From an uncultured Alphaproteobacteria bacterium (lineage in GTDB: Bacteria > Pseudomonadota > Alphaproteobacteria > Methylaequorales > Methylaequoraceae): a stretch of 42,125 nucleotides of DNA. Position numbers and translations under genes: made by a program. Position 1 is the stretch's first letter, and every line of letters begins with the position of its first letter. The notes beneath the pieces are model-generated. The model did not search any database. It worked only from the letters and a program-made list of their open reading frames with translations, and had not been told where the DNA came from. Positions 38,805-42,125 of this stretch are shown in pieces. The stretch covers positions 1 through 42,125 of the forward strand of contig CAYYMX010000001.1 in the NCBI GenBank assembly GCA_964473045.1, written 5' to 3'.

Positions 38805-39776
38805 ATGAAAGCTATAATTTTAAAAAAGAATGGTGGAACAGAAGTTTTAGAATTAAAGGAAATTCAATTAAACAAGCCAAAAAAAAATGAAGTTTTAATT
38901 GAACATGTTGCGATAGGTTTAAACTATATAGATGTATATCATAGAACAGGTATCTATCCTGTAGACTTGCCTTCTGGTATAGGACTTGAAGCCTCTGGAA
39001 TTATTAGGGAGGTTGGCTCTGATGTTAGAAAATTTTTCGTAGGTGATAAAGTAGCTTATGCTGCAGCGCCTTTGGGATCATATGCTACGCATAGGTTATA
39101 TCCAGCTAAAAATATTGTAAAGATTCCTAATAATATAGATTTAGATATAGCCGCATGTATAATGACAAAAGGTTTGACATCTTTTTATCTTCTACATAAA
39201 ACATATCCAGTTTCATCAGGCGAAAGTATTTTATTTCATGCTGCTGCTGGTGGTATTGGCCAAGTTTTTTGTCAGTGGGCAAAGAGTCTTGGCTGTAAAG
39301 TTTTTGGAACAGTTGGCAGTGATGAAAAAATTAAATTGGCAAAAAAATATGGATGTAGTGAGGTTATAAACTATACCAAGGAAGATTTTTCAAAAAGAAT
39401 TTTGGAAATAACTGATGGAAGAGGGGTTTCCGTAGTTTTCGATGGTGTAGGAAAATCAACTTTTGAAAAATCAATCAAATGTCTACAAACTAGAGGAATG
39501 ATGGTTTCTTTTGGTAATTCTTCTGGAGTAATTGCTCCAATAAATGTATTTAAAACTTTACAACCAAAAGGACTTTTTTTTACTAGACCTTCAATGGCTC
39601 AGTACTTAAGAAATAGTAAAGAACTAAAAGAGGCTTCGGACATTTTGTTTAAAAAAATACAATTACGTAAGATAATAATAGAAATTTTTAAAAAATACTC
39701 TTTAAACGATGCAGCTAAAGCTCATCAAGATTTAGAAGGTAGGATTATTACTGGTCCAGCCATTCTTAAGCCCTAG
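38805..39776 (+). CDS. qor: NADPH:quinone oxidoreductase (zeta-crystallin-type medium-chain dehydrogenase/reductase)
   Basis: 323 aa. GLNYIDVYHRTGIYP, AAAGGIGQVFCQWAK nucleotide-binding motif. No zinc-ligand Cys cluster. Confidence 0.88.
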   Translation: MKAIILKKNGGTEVLELKEIQLNKPKKNEVLIEHVAIGLNYIDVYHRTGIYPVDLPSGIGLEASGIIREVGSDVRKFFVGDKVAYAAAPLGSYATHRLYPAKNIVKIPNNIDLDIAACIMTKGLTSFYLLHKTYPVSSGESILFHAAAGGIGQVFCQWAKSLGCKVFGTVGSDEKIKLAKKYGCSEVINYTKEDFSKRILEITDGRGVSVVFDGVGKSTFEKSIKCLQTRGMMVSFGNSSGVIAPINVFKTLQPKGLFFTRPSMAQYLRNSKELKEASDILFKKIQLRKIIIEIFKKYSLNDAAKAHQDLEGRIITGPAILKP

Positions 39777-39813
39777 ATTAGAGATTGATTTTTTTGTTTA
39801 AAATATATTTAGA

Positions 39814-39869
39814 CTTGACTTATTAATAATGATTATTATTAATAAGTTAATGATAATGATTATCATACT
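39814..39869 (+). promoter_or_regulatory. candidate promoter (-35 TTGACT at 39814-39819) overlapped by two tandem Fur boxes
   Basis: 39850-39864 TGATAATGATTATCA is a perfect 7-1-7 inverted repeat (TGATAAT-N-ATTATCA). 39851-39869 matches the 19-bp consensus GATAATGATAATCATTATC at 16/19, and 39824-39842 matches at 14/19. Both lie within 65 nt of the receptor start codon. Confidence 0.72.
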
Positions 39870-39888
39870 CAAGTACAAGATGAATAAG

Positions 39889-42075
39889 AATGAATATGTT
39901 AAGAATTAAATCCAAATTTAAAAAATCAAGGTTGGTACCTCAATATACCCGTGAAATGTCATGGTTAACATTTCTTTCAGTTTTTGTTTTTGGCACGAGT
40001 ACAGTTTCACAAGATAATGTTTATGTTTCACCTGATGTTAATGTATTTGATTCACCATACCTAGAGTTTGAGATACCTGGTTCTGGTGATTATATACCTA
40101 AAGAGGACATTACAAAATATAATTTCCAAAACATTAATGATATTTTAAGAAATACCCCTGGGGTATATACCAGAGAAGAAGGTGGTTTTGGTTTGTTTCC
40201 TAACATAAGTTTAAGAGGTGTAAGTACCTTAAGGTCTGCAAAAGTGACTATGATGGAAGATGGAATCAATATAGCTCCTGCACCATATTCTGCTCCAGAT
40301 GCCTATTATTCTCCTTTAGCTGCAAAGATGAACGCAATTGAAATTTTAAAAGGGAGCAGTCAATTTAGATACGGCCCTCACACTACAGGTGGGGTAATAA
40401 ACTATGTAACTTCTCCAATCAATTTTGGAACGAGATATAATGGAAATGTATCTTACGGATCATTTAATGACAAAACCATTCATCATACTGGCAATTGGGG
40501 TATCAGTGGACGTGTTGGTGCTTTTGGAATTCTAGGTGATGTTTATTATAGAGAAAATGATGGTACTAAAGATTTTAATGGTTCAGTGGATTCAGACGGA
40601 GCTGGAAATTCCCATCATTATGGGAGTGACGACGCTGGTGGGATGTTGCAATTCTCTCCAATGGTTAAACTATTATGGCAACTTCCCACCACAAATAATA
40701 TAACTTTAGAACTAAAAGGCTCTTGGAATTCATTAGACTACAATGAAGGTTATACTGGATTAACTCAGACAGACTTTGATGCTGATCCTCACAAAAGATA
40801 TGTTGCCGGACAGTTAGATAATATGAATTCTAATGCATACTCTTATTATGCCAAAGTTCATGCAGATATTACGAGTAATATTGATAATAATACAACATTT
40901 TATTTTAACAAATTTACAAGAGATTGGTTTAAATTGGATAAGGTAAACAATGTATCATTACAAAATATTGTTTCAAAAGCTTATGGAACTGCTGCAAATC
41001 TGACATGTTTAAAAGGTGAATCTGCATGTGATATTAAGTACAAGTCTAATAACAGAAAGTATTACGCTTACGGTGTTATGAATCAAACCAATTTTGATTT
41101 TAATACAGATTGGGCTGGTGTTGAAATGGATCATGATATGACATTTGGTTTCAAGTATCATTATGATAAAATTAATAGAGATCAGTACACAATTACTTAT
41201 GCACAAGCTATTGGAGGAAGCTTGTCAAACGGTAGAACAGCTTTTGATGCTGATAGAAACCAAAGAACGGAAGGGTACGCTTTCTATTTAACAGACTCAG
41301 CTAAGATTGATAAATGGTCCTTCTCGCTTGGTGGCAGGTACGAGTATATGGAGCAATTCTATAGAAATAAGTCAGACGTTTATGACAAAGAAGAAATCTA
41401 TGCTTTTGTTTCTGGCGGAGGATTAGTATATGATTTTAGTCCTGGAGTTTTTACAAATAATGATGATCTAGATTTATTTGCTGGTGTTTACAAAGGTTTT
41501 TCTGTTCCTGGACCGAGTTCTGGAGTTGATAAATCTGAAGCTGCTCTTAACCAGGAAAAAAGTTTAGCAAAAGAATTAGGTATAAGATACTCTACCCCAA
41601 CAATTGGCTTATCTTTGGTTGGTTTTCACACAGAGTTTGATGATTTTATTGTTATAGATAATAGTAATGCTGGTGGTGCTCCTGATAATGGTGGTAAGAT
41701 CAATTCTAAAGGTCTTGAATTTGGAGGTAAATATACTCCCGATAATTTCCGACCATTTAATGGAAATATAAGTTTTTATACAAATTATACATACACGTGT
41801 GCTACTTTGGATGGAGCTGCTACAACTGACGATTCAGAATCAATGTTTGCCGGAGGAAGAGACGGTTCCAATGTACCATACATTCCTGAGCACGTCTTAT
41901 CATTTGGGGCCGACTATGATTATGATAAATTTAGTTTTGGTATTAATATGACTTACCACTCTGAAACTTATGGAACTGCAGAAGAAACTGAAACTGAGGA
42001 GTCGCTTAAAAGTGCTAACGCTAGAGCGGGGAGAATAGATGATGCTTTTCTTCTAAATTTTACTGGTGGATATAA
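39889..42075 (+). CDS. TonB-dependent outer membrane receptor (iron-regulated; FecA-like by plug motifs), possibly frameshifted near its 3' end
   Basis: Not in the supplied track. Hand translation of frame 1 from ATG 39889 is open for 728 codons to TAA 42073-42075. Signal peptide (MSWLTFLSVFVFGTSTVSQ). Plug motifs: NINDILRNTPGVYTREEGGFG, ISLRGVS, VTMMEDGINIAPAPYSAPDAYYSP, IEILKGSSQFRYGPHTTGGVINYVT. Barrel-like Y/G/N-rich strands follow. Confidence 0.88.
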
Positions 42076-42125
42076 AATCAATGAAAATGTATATTTAAGT
42101 TCAAGAAATTTGTATAGAATTAATA

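Noticed and set aside
39879-39908. Nine-codon mini-ORF (ATG AAT AAG AAT GAA TAT GTT AAG AAT TAA) overlapping the receptor start, as a possible leader peptide.
   Set aside because: It has no RBS and no regulatory codon pattern. It lies downstream of the Fur-occluded promoter purely by chance of AT-rich sequence.
198-41206. Many 60-146-aa ORFs in the track lie antisense to or out of frame with long conserved genes. Examples are 198..392, 1018..1239, 4069..4398, 5243..5683, 5783..5986, 6272..6650, 7044..7941, 8505..8798, 9450..9632, 12179..12439, 13625..13816, 16582..16794, 17834..18094, 19166..19381, 20586..20993, 21979..22200, 23748..24716, 26882..27082, 28081..28419, 28796..28993, 31478..31945, 36590..36775 and 41009..41206.
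   Set aside because: Each is fully embedded in a gene with strong family motifs on the other strand or frame. Their translations are low-complexity or hydrophobic strings with no recognisable motifs, which is the expected noise of six-frame translation.
1-42125. CRISPR arrays, insertion sequences, integrases, prophage genes, toxin-antitoxin pairs and restriction-modification or other defence systems.
   Set aside because: No direct-repeat/spacer periodicity, terminal inverted repeats, recombinase/transposase motifs or defence-type domains were found on either strand. Every ORF over 100 aa is accounted for by the features listed.

Overview
This 42-kb window is very AT-rich and extremely gene-dense. 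Its synteny is alphaproteobacterial (pdxJ-lepB-rnc-era-recO; rpmF-plsX-fabH-ihfA-merR-tRNA-Pro; nrdR-ribD-ribE-ribBA-ribH-nusB-thiL). Its style is that of a streamlined Pelagibacterales (SAR11)-like genome: tiny intergenic spacers, ATGA/TAATG overlaps and poly-Lys tracts encoded by A-runs. This taxonomic guess rests on composition and gene order only. I call about 49 protein-coding genes and 2 tRNAs. Almost all are housekeeping or central metabolism: B6, biotin, riboflavin and thiamin steps, C1/serine-glyoxylate metabolism, lipid initiation and ribosomal proteins. I see no CRISPR array, transposase, integrase, phage gene or recognisable defence system, so I do not claim a new multi-gene system. 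The observations worth a second look are as follows. (1) A 728-codon TonB-dependent receptor ORF at the 3' end is absent from the supplied ORF track. It is preceded by a perfect 7-1-7 Fur operator, and its 3' end looks frameshifted. (2) A PPi-type phosphofructokinase is split by a frameshift in an A16 tract, and the lepB start is separated from its only ATG by a T8/A17 tract. Both would be repaired by +1 nt, whereas all seven A12-A14 tracts I checked are in frame. (3) cutA carries an in-frame TAA. (4) RibBA has lost the zinc ligands of its GTP cyclohydrolase II half. (5) The bioF-bioH-like-bioC-bioD-bioA operon lacks bioB and has an atypical esterase. (6) Signature residues point to a PPi-based economy, with a K+-independent H+-PPase and a PPi-PFK. 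(7) The short segment from tRNA-Glu to the window end looks less core than the rest. It holds pseudoazurin, an unknown membrane protein, a quinone oxidoreductase and the Fur-controlled receptor. All functional calls come from reading motifs by eye; no database search was run.
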